A DNA stretch of 20,000 bases, taken from an uncultured virus (IMG/VR IMGVR_UViG_2534682017_000001) (Duplodnaviria; Heunggongvirae; Uroviricota; Caudoviricetes). The first letter of the stretch is position 1; each line of letters starts with the position of its first letter. The stretch is taken from the IMG/VR virus record IMGVR_UViG_2534682017_000001; one strand, written 5' to 3'. A program made the translations under genes and the position numbers. The notes under the pieces were generated by a model that was not told where the DNA came from, did not search any database, and worked only from the letters and a program-made list of their open reading frames with translations. This document shows positions 7,741 to 15,631 of this stretch, piece after piece.

Positions 7741-7838
7741 TATGATCTACTCTGTTTGATAGGAATGTTATTAATTTCGCTTTCACCAATTTCAGGAGCT
7801 GGCTTCTCAGGAGGAACTGGTATAGGTTGGGTAGACAT
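7740..7838 (-). CDS. Pro-rich micropeptide 1 (32 aa)
   Basis: Hand-translated MSTQPIPVPPEKPAPEIGESEINNIPIKQSRS*; starts 7 nt after the 178-aa gene stop. Confidence 0.6.
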   Translation of the reverse strand: MSTQPIPVPPEKPAPEIGESEINNIPIKQSRS

Positions 7839-7845
7839 TTTATTA

Positions 7846-8382
7846 TCAAAATTTATTTAAGATAAAAGTAATTATAAATGCTAAAAAAATTAAAGAACAA
7901 CATAAAATTTCTGCAAACGCCTTTTTTAGATAAGCTGCTTTCTCATTATTAATTTTTTTATAACTTGCAACAACTTCATCAATTCTGTCTGATAGCCCCA
8001 TATAGACTGTTTCTTTTTCATTCTCTTGCACATATTCTTTAATTCCTGTTTTAGGAATTTCACCCAATTTGTTGATTTTTAAGCATAAGAATAACCATCT
8101 TAAAACTGGAAAAATTGCAATAACGAATATTATTAATAGTATTAGAGATGCATAATACATTACACCTCTTGTTTCTATCGGTTGCGTTTCAGTTAGGTAA
8201 GTACGACACAATACTGTAGTCACCGTTAAGAATAAAGTAATAAATGTCAGATACTTGGATGCTTTATTCTCCAACTCCTTATAGTTATCACGTAAAATAT
8301 CCAGATGATATTTTTTGTATTCGTATAAAAACTTATACTTTTCTGAATCATATTCTTTATCTTTTTTATCAATACTTTCCAC
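7846..8382 (-). CDS. Three-TM membrane protein (topology reminiscent of Pycsar TM effectors)
   Basis: GTG start with GGAG SD; LENKASKYL-TM1-TM2-soluble linker-NNEKAAYLKKA-TM3. Confidence 0.7.
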   Translation of the reverse strand: MESIDKKDKEYDSEKYKFLYEYKKYHLDILRDNYKELENKASKYLTFITLFLTVTTVLCRTYLTETQPIETRGVMYYASLILLIIFVIAIFPVLRWLFLCLKINKLGEIPKTGIKEYVQENEKETVYMGLSDRIDEVVASYKKINNEKAAYLKKAFAEILCCSLIFLAFIITFILNKF

Positions 8383-8419
8383 TATTAGCTCCAGACACCT
8401 TACTAAGATAATATTTTAT

Positions 8420-8929
8420 CTAAAGATACACTATAAACCCATATCGACAATGCAACGCTGCCAAACCGCACTTAACGTCTTGTCTGGCATCATTTTGAGT
8501 ACGATCTTCATTGGCCATCTCAGGCCATGACTGACCACGGAAGTAACGATCAATAATCGCATCCATCCATTCATCCATAACTTCACTCTGCCCCATTAAA
8601 TCTAAAATTAAACGCTGTACTGCACGGGCTTCATTGTCATCAATCTGGCACTGGGCTTTAGATTTAGTTTTACGGAATGGATCTGATTCACTCACAAAGT
8701 AATTGGCGATGATTTCTCTTTGTTTCTTCTTACCTAATCGTTTTAAATGGCGCTGCTTTTCAACTTGTACCATCGCTGATGCAATTGGGTTGCTATATGC
8801 GCCTGAAGGGATACCGGTAAAACTCTTTTGATCTAGCCATGCACCGAACTGATATAACCAACCTTCCAAATCGAACCGAGACCAATCCACTGAGTGCATT
8901 ACATGCTTCTTATCGATCATTAGTGTCAT
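8420..8929 (-). CDS. Probable late-gene antitermination protein (Q-like)
   Basis: Last gene of the pR operon, ATGA-coupled; C-terminal sigma-region-4-like HTH (AIIDRYFRGQSWPEMA); LEGWLYQFGAW motif. Confidence 0.7.
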   Translation of the reverse strand: MTLMIDKKHVMHSVDWSRFDLEGWLYQFGAWLDQKSFTGIPSGAYSNPIASAMVQVEKQRHLKRLGKKKQREIIANYFVSESDPFRKTKSKAQCQIDDNEARAVQRLILDLMGQSEVMDEWMDAIIDRYFRGQSWPEMANEDRTQNDARQDVKCGLAALHCRYGFIVYL

Positions 8930-9330
8930 TCATTTCCCCCAACCATTTTCTCTATCTGCTGAACCGCTAAACCTGACTTCACTTGCTCTGTACTGAACCG
9001 TAAAACTGTAAAACCCATCATTGCCGCCGAGTTATATTTCTCCATATCCCCGATATAACCTTTGCCTCTTGTGTGACGGCCACCGCCTGCCATCCAAATC
9101 CCGCCCTCAACCTCTACCAAAATCTTTGTACCGTTAATTAGAAAATCGGCTCTCCATTTACGTTTCGGATGGAATTTATATTCCTGCTCAAAACTGATCT
9201 TGCATGCTCTCAAGTGCGTGGCCAGTACCGCCTCACCTTCACTTGGTTCCCGTGTTTGCTTTGCTGAACGACGTTTCTTTGTCTTCACTGGAAATAATTC
9301 ACGGTATTCAGCTAAACTCATGCTAGACAT
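8926..9330 (-). CDS. DUF559/PD-(D/E)xK-like endonuclease (nin-region resolvase-like)
   Basis: EYKFHPKRKWRADF...ILVEVEGGIW..GRHTRG..DMEKYNSA; start at ATG 9330 with AGGGG SD. Confidence 0.8.
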   Translation of the reverse strand: MSSMSLAEYRELFPVKTKKRRSAKQTREPSEGEAVLATHLRACKISFEQEYKFHPKRKWRADFLINGTKILVEVEGGIWMAGGGRHTRGKGYIGDMEKYNSAAMMGFTVLRFSTEQVKSGLAVQQIEKMVGGNE

Positions 9331-9400
9331 CCAAACCCCTTTCAAAAGCGTAGATCTCACTATGTAAGAGCGCTACGTTGACATGGTAGAGGTCTGTCAT
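9323..9400 (-). CDS. Possible 25-aa coupling ORF
   Basis: MTDLYHVNVALLHSEIYAFERGLDV*; ATGA overlap with the rep stop and an 8-nt overlap with the next gene. Confidence 0.35.
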   Translation of the reverse strand: MTDLYHVNVALLHSEIYAFERGLDV

Positions 9401-10359
9401 GCTGCCCCCTGCAATGAGCCTTTGAAGCCAACTTGCTTGAGATACGGTTCCCATTGTTTGGCCTGAGCTGGATCACTGAGTTTCACGGCGATACGCGCTG
9501 CAAGTTGATCGTAGCTTTCCCCTGCAGCTGCAAACTGACTTGCGAACTCAGGATGTTGTGAGAGTTTTTGAGCGAAGGTATGAACCTGTTTGTCGCTGAG
9601 TTTTTCTTGAGCGCTCGGCGCGCCTCGTACTGACGACCCTGAATTCCGGAAACCTGTCTGTTCACGTGCTTGGTATTTTCCACATGCGTTGATTAACCAA
9701 TCTGCAAAGTGGTAATGCATGAGCTCATCACAAAGATTCTTCTCTGCGTTGTAGAGTTCAAATGCTCGAAGCTCCCGATCAAACCAAGTCGCGTTTTTGA
9801 TCTGCTCGTAAGTTTCCTGATCAGTTGCCAAGCGAATTTCTTCACCAAGTTTTTTCAAACTCAACCATGTTTTTTTATTTTTAGATTCTTCTGATAGATT
9901 CTTTAAAAGATTCCGTGTCCCAACGTTGGGACCCTTTACCGGAATTGTTGGGACTCTTTCATGAAATTGTTGGAACTGTTCCACTGTTGGGACTGTTCCA
10001 ACGTTGGTACTCTTTCCATCTAAATTTTCACCTTCTAACGGTCCCATTGTTGGGACTGTATCTTCACGACCAACTACACCGTTCAAGCGGTAAACGACCA
10101 CCTGTTTTGTCTGACCTTTGCGCTCTCCAGTATCAGTAATTAATCCATCATCGGAGAGCTCGGCAAGTATCTTCATTACAGTTTTTCTGTCAATTTTGCA
10201 GTCTGCGGCTAAGCGTTTAGCGCTTGGATAACAGGTATGATCCTCACTTGCGCGATCAGCCATAGATAGCAAAACAACCAGTTTTAAGGCAGGTAATGAA
10301 CCGCCTTTCTTTGTCGGGATATGAACTTTCCAAGCCCAATTAGTGGCATCTAGACTCAT
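9397..10359 (-). CDS. Phage replication initiator with N-terminal winged HTH
   Basis: CYPSAKRLAADCKIDRKTVMKILAEL (HTH_36-like); internal repeats translate as VPTMG/VGTVPTV/VPTIP/PNVGT; position after cII. Confidence 0.85.
   Translation of the reverse strand: MSLDATNWAWKVHIPTKKGGSLPALKLVVLLSMADRASEDHTCYPSAKRLAADCKIDRKTVMKILAELSDDGLITDTGERKGQTKQVVVYRLNGVVGREDTVPTMGPLEGENLDGKSTNVGTVPTVEQFQQFHERVPTIPVKGPNVGTRNLLKNLSEESKNKKTWLSLKKLGEEIRLATDQETYEQIKNATWFDRELRAFELYNAEKNLCDELMHYHFADWLINACGKYQAREQTGFRNSGSSVRGAPSAQEKLSDKQVHTFAQKLSQHPEFASQFAAAGESYDQLAARIAVKLSDPAQAKQWEPYLKQVGFKGSLQGAA
9917..10056. repeat. Iteron array, probable phage replication origin
   Basis: Six GTTGG(G/A/T)AC copies at 9925, 9947, 9969, 9986, 10003 and 10049; palindrome GTCCCAACGTTGGGAC at 9917-9932; AT-rich tract at about 9870-9910. 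Confidence 0.8.
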
Positions 10360-10760
10360 TTATCCTCCTCGTCTGGTTCATCGTATTTGGTACCTTTCGA
10401 TGAATTGCATGACTTACACATTGTTTGGAGGTTTTCTATTGACGAGCCACCGCCTAAAATCTCTGGTTTAATATGATCAAGTGTTAAATTCTTCTGAACG
10501 CCACACGTAACGCACTTAAACCCGTCTCGTTCGTAAACCTCAAGGCGAAGTTTCATACCGATTTTCTTTTTCATATATTTTTGTGAGTGTTTTTCAGTTT
10601 TCCGCCCAAAAAGATCTCGGCCATATTGCGCCTTGTGAACAACTTCTAAAATCATGTTTGCGCATAAGTTGCATAAAATAACCTCAGGGTTAATTTTGCT
10701 GTAATAATCGACTGCGTACTCTTCTTCGCAATATTGGCAAATTACAAAATCTTCTTTCAT
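10356..10760 (-). CDS. HNH endonuclease with N-terminal CxxC pair
   Basis: RDGFKCVTCG...LTLDHIKP..GG....NLQTMCKSCNSSKG; N-terminal CQYC/CNLC. Confidence 0.9.
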   Translation of the reverse strand: MKEDFVICQYCEEEYAVDYYSKINPEVILCNLCANMILEVVHKAQYGRDLFGRKTEKHSQKYMKKKIGMKLRLEVYERDGFKCVTCGVQKNLTLDHIKPEILGGGSSIENLQTMCKSCNSSKGTKYDEPDEEDK

Positions 10761-10825
10761 GTTTTAGCTCCTATAAAATGAGCTTTAATTACAACATGAA
10801 AAGAATTGGGTACGAACTTACTCAT
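10757..10825 (-). pseudogene. 22-aa ORF, possible 5' relic of another replication gene
   Basis: MSKFVPNSFHVVIKAHFIGAKT* with GGGAG SD, ATGA-coupled to the HNH gene. Confidence 0.4.
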
Positions 10826-11102
10826 ATTTCTGCTCCCGCCATTTCAATATTTGCAATGCCCAATTGAGAGGTATAAATTGGTAAAAGGATTGATATAAAA
10901 AGAATGAACAAAAATGAATAAAGATACTGAACAACATCAAGATTCTAAGACGTGCAAAGAACTTAAAAATAAACAAACCAATTACGTTGAAGTCATTATC
11001 AAAGTTCATCCAGATTCTGTAGATAAGTTGATTACGCTTATTAAGAAAACTGACGCAGATATTCAGGGCATTGAAGTTCGAAATGGTTAAATAACTACTC
11101 AT
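10818..11102 (-). CDS. Hypothetical hydrophobic ORF (94 aa; may be an antisense shadow)
   Basis: ATGA overlap with the upstream gene and GGAGG SD favour start 11102; the F/I/L-rich composition is suspicious. Confidence 0.4.
   Translation of the reverse strand: MSSYLTISNFNALNICVSFLNKRNQLIYRIWMNFDNDFNVIGLFIFKFFARLRILMLFSIFIHFCSFFLYQSFYQFIPLNWALQILKWREQKYE
10914..11090 (+). CDS. Possible 58-aa protein antisense to the early operon
   Basis: Hand-translated MNKDTEQHQDSKTCKELKNKQTNYVEVIIKVHPDSVDKLITLIKKTDADIQGIEVRNG*; protein-like composition, weak SD. Confidence 0.4.
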   Translation: MNKDTEQHQDSKTCKELKNKQTNYVEVIIKVHPDSVDKLITLIKKTDADIQGIEVRNG

Positions 11103-11392
11103 GACACCTCCGCCCGCGCTAATTCTTCTGCATTTAATCGACGCTTTAATTGGTTTTCTGCAACGGTGGCATGACGTATATACCTCACTCCAGATGTCCA
11201 AACTTTTCCGTTGATGTCAGTCATAGAGACATGATCACCAAGAAAGTCACTTTTTATTTCTATGATGCAGAAAATACTATCGCTACCAAGCGGCCCTATA
11301 ATGTGGTTTTGAATAACCACCATGTCACCTACTACAAATTCTTGTGAGTTGAGTTCGATTGGTTGTTCTGCTAAATTAGTTTGCATATTCAT
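11099..11392 (-). CDS. Conserved phage hypothetical protein (SH3/KOW-like FVVGDMVV)
   Basis: 97 aa, AGGA SD, follows cII in the pR operon. Confidence 0.75.
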   Translation of the reverse strand: MNMQTNLAEQPIELNSQEFVVGDMVVIQNHIIGPLGSDSIFCIIEIKSDFLGDHVSMTDINGKVWTSGVRYIRHATVAENQLKRRLNAEELARAEVS

Positions 11393-11414
11393 GGGTTCCT
11401 AAATTTGTGAATTG

Positions 11415-11448
11415 AAACCACTCCTGTTCGCGCAGGTAGTGGTTTTTT
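11415..11448. terminator. Hairpin/terminator at the cII 3' end
   Basis: AAACCACT-CCTG-TTCGCG-CAGG-T-AGTGGTTTTTT. Confidence 0.6.
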
Positions 11449-11803
11449 AATATCCAAATTCTTCTAAGCGTGGAGCTATAGAAGCATGTTGGAAATCATT
11501 TACTTCCGATGCCCTATTCATAGAAAGCCGAGCAAGATAAAAAATTGAATCCACAAACTGCTTGTCATAACACTCATAGTTTTCTGGAATGATTTTTAGC
11601 CCAAGTAAATCCAACAATGTGCAACAGTTTTCAATTTCAGTTAAGTCATTGCTTTTCTTTTCATTTTTGATTCTTGATAAGGCGGTTGGATCTAGTCCTA
11701 AATCACTTGCTAAATCTTTATTGCTTGTAGATGCAAGGCGCTGCAATACAAGAGCAATTGAATTTCTAGACCTTGCGCTCAGGTTTTCACATACTTTGCT
11801 CAT
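11447..11803 (-). CDS. CII-like transcriptional regulator
   Basis: HTH LASDLGLDPTALSRIK and LLDLLGLKIIP; directly after cro. Confidence 0.75.
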   Translation of the reverse strand: MSKVCENLSARSRNSIALVLQRLASTSNKDLASDLGLDPTALSRIKNEKKSNDLTEIENCCTLLDLLGLKIIPENYECYDKQFVDSIFYLARLSMNRASEVNDFQHASIAPRLEEFGY

Positions 11804-11811
11804 GGTGACTC

Positions 11812-12033
11812 CTAGACTGCACTAGTCTTTCTAAGAAAAAAGTCAAATATGCTTTTGTGGGTTAGTTTCTTGTTGCTTGCATCTACCATTTTTTGAATGG
11901 TTTCCATGCTTGGTTTTTTTCGACCATGGATAAGATGAGACTCCATATATCTATAAGAAATTTTTGTGGTTTCACAAAATTGGATGCGTTGATCTTTATC
12001 AAGACCACGCCAGAAATCATAAAGAGTTACCAT
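11812..12033 (-). CDS. Cro-like repressor
   Basis: 73 aa HTH with HGRKKPS; divergent from cI; AGGTG SD. Confidence 0.75.
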   Translation of the reverse strand: MVTLYDFWRGLDKDQRIQFCETTKISYRYMESHLIHGRKKPSMETIQKMVDASNKKLTHKSIFDFFLRKTSAV

Positions 12034-12038
12034 GGATA

Positions 12039-12127
12039 CACCTAAAGGGTAAATTAAATATAAATATACCCTCTAGGTAAATATTATTCAACCTATCAGG
12101 GTATTTATTTTTTCTACCTGTAGGGTA
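12039..12127. promoter_or_regulatory. oR operators and pR promoter
   Basis: TACC-N5-GGTA at 12067-12079 and 12115-12127, a near match at 12039-12051 and a degenerate site near 12090-12103. Minus-strand TTGAAT-N17-TATATT at 12091-12063. Confidence 0.8.
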
Positions 12128-12159
12128 TTTTTGAAATATGACTTATAGGTGTTCTTGTA

Positions 12160-12948
12160 ATGGCTGAACTAAAGACAATTCATGAAATTAGATTTCTTAA
12201 TGCAAAGAGACTAATGGAAGAATCCGGTCTCAAACGTAAAGAGTTTGCTGAGAAGATTGATATGTCATATAGCTTGCTGAGTCAGTATTTAGGTAAAAAC
12301 CCGACCAAAAATATTGGGGATGACACAGCTATAAAAATTGAAGATGCATTTAGTAAACCGCGTGGTTATCTTGATCAGTCTGACTTGTCTAACTTAACCA
12401 CTCAAAAAAATGTGGATGTTGTTGCATTTAAAAAATTTGATATAGAAGCATTTAAGAAAAAATACAATATTCCCGATAATGAAGACGCTATTAAGTTTGT
12501 AGAGACCCCACTTAAGTCATTCCCACGTCAAAAAAGATATGTTCCTGTTAAGGCCTATTCAAAAATGGGGATGGATGGCTATTTCACGGATATGGGCTAT
12601 GAAGGAAATGGTGGGGATGGTTATATACCTACTCACGCAGCTGGTGAAAAAGCATATGGTATCAAAGGAACTGGTGACTCCATGTTCCCTGCTATCCGCA
12701 ATGGTTGGTATGTAGTATGTGATCCCGATGCAGAGCTGGTACCTATGGAATTTGTTCAGGTTTGCCTTAAAGACGGACGATGCACAATTAAAGAGTTTAT
12801 TGGTATACAAAACGATGTATTAAGCTTAATAGCAGTGAATGGTGGTGAACGTCTCACATTTAATATGGATGAGGTTGAAAGCATTACAGCTATCACAGAC
12901 ATTGTGCCACCTAGTCAACACAAGCATGATCACCCCAATGGCTACTAA
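12160..12948 (+). CDS. CI-like repressor (HTH + S24 peptidase)
   Basis: N-terminal HTH (RKEFAEKIDMSYSLLSQYL); GDSMFP catalytic Ser and TIKEF Lys. Confidence 0.93.
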   Translation: MAELKTIHEIRFLNAKRLMEESGLKRKEFAEKIDMSYSLLSQYLGKNPTKNIGDDTAIKIEDAFSKPRGYLDQSDLSNLTTQKNVDVVAFKKFDIEAFKKKYNIPDNEDAIKFVETPLKSFPRQKRYVPVKAYSKMGMDGYFTDMGYEGNGGDGYIPTHAAGEKAYGIKGTGDSMFPAIRNGWYVVCDPDAELVPMEFVQVCLKDGRCTIKEFIGIQNDVLSLIAVNGGERLTFNMDEVESITAITDIVPPSQHKHDHPNGY

Positions 12949-13059
12949 AATGATTGAAGGATTTTTCGACTCTAAATTTCAAGAAAATCAACATGTCAAT
13001 AATTTGTGTCGTAATAACTTATAATCGATTATTTAAGTTTTAAATTTCAAGGAAAACCG

Positions 13060-13359
13060 ATGATCGCTACACTTAATAAATCCAAAACTACACTAACGAT
13101 TAATCGTCAAGAATTTAAACTAGCATTAGGCAAAATTGGTGCAGGAATTGATAAACAAATTGCCTCTCTTAAAAAAGCCAAGCAGAGCTATGACGCTGCG
13201 GAAATGGCACGCGAGGTTATTAACGAAGCCAATATTTTTGAAGCCATTATTGAAGGCTTTAATGAAGCAGAAGAAACTAATCTAAAGTTAGGTGATATAA
13301 CCAATCTTGAAGTAGCTCAAGAATGGATTGATGAGTTTTTGGAGAAGTATAGTACTTAA
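13060..13359 (+). CDS. Conserved prophage hypothetical protein (helical)
   Basis: 99 aa, AAGGA SD. Confidence 0.75.
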   Translation: MIATLNKSKTTLTINRQEFKLALGKIGAGIDKQIASLKKAKQSYDAAEMAREVINEANIFEAIIEGFNEAEETNLKLGDITNLEVAQEWIDEFLEKYST

Positions 13360-13391
13360 AATCAAAAAACCTCGAAATCGAGGGAATTAAA

Positions 13392-13671
13392 AAACTGTGA
13401 ACCCGACACATTATTTTTAGAAAGGGAATCAAAATATGAAAAAAATCGAAGTTAATTCCCGTAATATCAGCCATGTTTTTTACCAACATTTTTTATTGAC
13501 GGTAGTGCTCAGAACAGGTGAAAGGTTTATTTACAGACTACTTGAAGCAAATACATTCAAAGAATTTATTGATTCAAAAGATAAAGATAAATTTTATAGA
13601 AGCCATCTCGAAGCCAATAAAGAACTTAAGCGAATTCAGCTTTTTGTGTAATTGAAACCGTGACCCGACAC
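13392..13671 (+). repeat. Imperfect direct repeats flanking the KTSC-like gene
   Basis: AAACTGTGAACCCGACAC (13392-13409) and AAACCGTGA-CCCGACAC (13655-13671). Confidence 0.65.
13436..13651 (+). CDS. KTSC-domain-like protein
   Basis: VNSRNISHVFY..LLTVVLRTGERFIY...F....DKDKFY pattern; 71 aa. Confidence 0.7.
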   Translation: MKKIEVNSRNISHVFYQHFLLTVVLRTGERFIYRLLEANTFKEFIDSKDKDKFYRSHLEANKELKRIQLFV

Positions 13672-13714
13672 GGCACTTTAGAACGGTTCGGGAATTAATT
13701 CTAGAGGGATAAGA

Positions 13715-14644
13715 ATGAGTCAGATTTTACAATATTTACCATTTGGCAATTATAGAAAATACCTTAGACCAGCTGTTGACGGTTGTATGGGACTTATGAC
13801 TCATGTAGCCGAACTTACATGGTCAGATGGAATTAATCGAGAGTCCTACGTAAAGTTCTATAGTGAAAATAAAAAACGAGCCTTATTAAATGAGGCTATT
13901 GGGTACCTTTTAATAAGTGGTTTAGGACTACCACAACCAGAATTAGCTGGCTTTCTTGCATTTAATATATCTGAAGAATCTACTCCTGAAATATGGTCTC
14001 AAGTATCGGAAGTCGATAGATATAGAGGTGTAACGTATGCATGGGTATGTACCAATACAAATGGTATTAATAGAAGACTAGAGCTAGACCAAGCTCAAAC
14101 GCCTGAAATAAAAGATTATTTGACCGCACATATTATAGAGTCACTAAAAAAATGGGAAAAACTTCCTCATCTAATTATGTGTGATGACTGGCTAGCAAAT
14201 GATGACCGTAATCTTGGCAATCTATTGGAACTTCCAAATAGAACTTTCACATTGATAGACCATGGAGGAATTCTTTATGGTGACAATTGGTCACCATGGG
14301 ACATTATGAGAAGTGCATTGATAAATGGAAATTTTCAAAAAATGTATATGAATATTCTAAAACAGAGATTCAGTGGTTTATTTTGGAAAGAAAGTTTATT
14401 GGATGAATTAGAAAAAGCAAAAAATGAGCATTCAGCTGCATTTAATTCTGTTAAAGAAGAGATTTATCAATTAATAAATGATTTCCTGGGAGATGAGAAA
14501 ATTAATGTAGGCATTCCACCAAATCCTATACAAAATGTAAGCAATATATTGCAAGACACACTTGCCCAGAATGCTGTACAAGTTGGAAATATTGAAGCAA
14601 AATGCGACATATGGCTTTCTGCAACGCATAGCAATGTTGCTTAA
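13715..14644 (+). CDS. HipA-family/PI3K-like kinase
   Basis: YVKFY (ATP Lys), LLNEAIGY, catalytic loop DDWLANDDRNLGNLL, LIDHG. Confidence 0.85.
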   Translation: MSQILQYLPFGNYRKYLRPAVDGCMGLMTHVAELTWSDGINRESYVKFYSENKKRALLNEAIGYLLISGLGLPQPELAGFLAFNISEESTPEIWSQVSEVDRYRGVTYAWVCTNTNGINRRLELDQAQTPEIKDYLTAHIIESLKKWEKLPHLIMCDDWLANDDRNLGNLLELPNRTFTLIDHGGILYGDNWSPWDIMRSALINGNFQKMYMNILKQRFSGLFWKESLLDELEKAKNEHSAAFNSVKEEIYQLINDFLGDEKINVGIPPNPIQNVSNILQDTLAQNAVQVGNIEAKCDIWLSATHSNVA

Positions 14645-15567
14645 TGGGTAACATTATGAATTTTAAAAAATTTGAAGAAAAATTTGTACAAAATCAAAAT
14701 ACTGAAGAGCTTATTCAAGCTTCATGGTCACAAGTTAGATTTACACCAGATTTGGTTACAAATGAGCAATTAGCTATAGGTGTACTAATTAATTTTGATG
14801 GAATAGTTCATACAAAATTTATTGAAGACTTTTCTAGAGTTGAATGTGCTTATGGTAGTGAAATTGTCGGGTATATAAAATCATGTATTGAGCTGTTTGA
14901 AGACTTTCTTCACAGTAATTATGAATCTTCTTTTTCTTCTCAACTTATCTTAGAAAAACGTGGGTTAATTCAAGGAGAATCTATTAATAATCTTCTTGAT
15001 GAGCTTCTAGAACGAGCTGCACCTCTATCACTACCTCATTCAAATAGAAGCAAGTATAAAAAACAATTTCATACCATTAAGACTGTTAAATTTCATTCGG
15101 AAGTTAAAAGTTATATTAAGCAAAAAATAGGCGAAATTTATAAAGAAATTTTTACCGAAAATGAAACTGTATTAGTAGGCGATCCTTCAATTGGTTATAG
15201 AAGACTACCTGTAGCGATTAATATTGAAAAAAATAATAAAATTGGAGATCTCTTTTCTACTGTTTATGCCACACCCGAAACTATAGAAATCAACTGTTTA
15301 AAGGCATTAGAAAACTTAAGAACCGTTAAAAAATATACTAAAAATAATAGTGATTTTAGACTTTTTATGTTATCACCAGATGACTACAACTTGGATCTTA
15401 TGAGTAGATCAGAAAAGGCTAAACGGCAAGATATTATAGGAAACTTTAAATGGGGCTTGCGTTCCGAAGGAATTGACCTCATTGAAGAACAATCCATTAA
15501 TAAAGTTTCTGAGGAATTAATAGATTGGTCTGGAATTGATAATCAGCATAATTTAGAAGAAGTATAA
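14644..15567 (+). CDS. DUF3037-like protein, partner of the HipA-like kinase
   Basis: N-terminal QVRFTPDLVTNEQLAIGVLI motif; TAATG overlap with the kinase gene. Confidence 0.7.
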   Translation: MGNIMNFKKFEEKFVQNQNTEELIQASWSQVRFTPDLVTNEQLAIGVLINFDGIVHTKFIEDFSRVECAYGSEIVGYIKSCIELFEDFLHSNYESSFSSQLILEKRGLIQGESINNLLDELLERAAPLSLPHSNRSKYKKQFHTIKTVKFHSEVKSYIKQKIGEIYKEIFTENETVLVGDPSIGYRRLPVAINIEKNNKIGDLFSTVYATPETIEINCLKALENLRTVKKYTKNNSDFRLFMLSPDDYNLDLMSRSEKAKRQDIIGNFKWGLRSEGIDLIEEQSINKVSEELIDWSGIDNQHNLEEV

Positions 15568-15585
15568 ATTTTACCCCTTGTATCC

Positions 15586-15613
15586 AACCCACCACCACGG
15601 TGGGTTTTCTTTT
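15586..15613 (+). terminator. Rho-independent terminator (immunity transcript)
   Basis: AACCCACC-loop-GGTGGGTTTTCTTTT. Confidence 0.85.
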
Positions 15614-15631
15614 GCTTATTGAACATTAATT

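Noticed and set aside
7846..8382. Calling this a Pycsar or CBASS system
   Set aside because: Only the TM topology is reminiscent; no cyclase or nucleotidyltransferase gene is seen in the window.
8315..8530. 71-aa plus-strand ORF
   Set aside because: Overlaps two minus-strand genes; no supporting signals.
9917..10056. Repeats considered as a CRISPR-like array
   Set aside because: Units are 8-16 nt, irregularly spaced and inside the initiator gene; iterons explain them.
9483..10139. Three short ORFs inside the replication gene
   Set aside because: Alternate-frame or antisense ORFs within a well-supported gene.
11150..11825. Plus-strand ORFs 11150-11347 and 11589-11825
   Set aside because: Shadows of the pR-operon genes.
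12559..13489. ORFs 12559-12810, 12839-13024 and 13277-13489
   Set aside because: Overlap cI or neighbouring genes; no SD or motif support.
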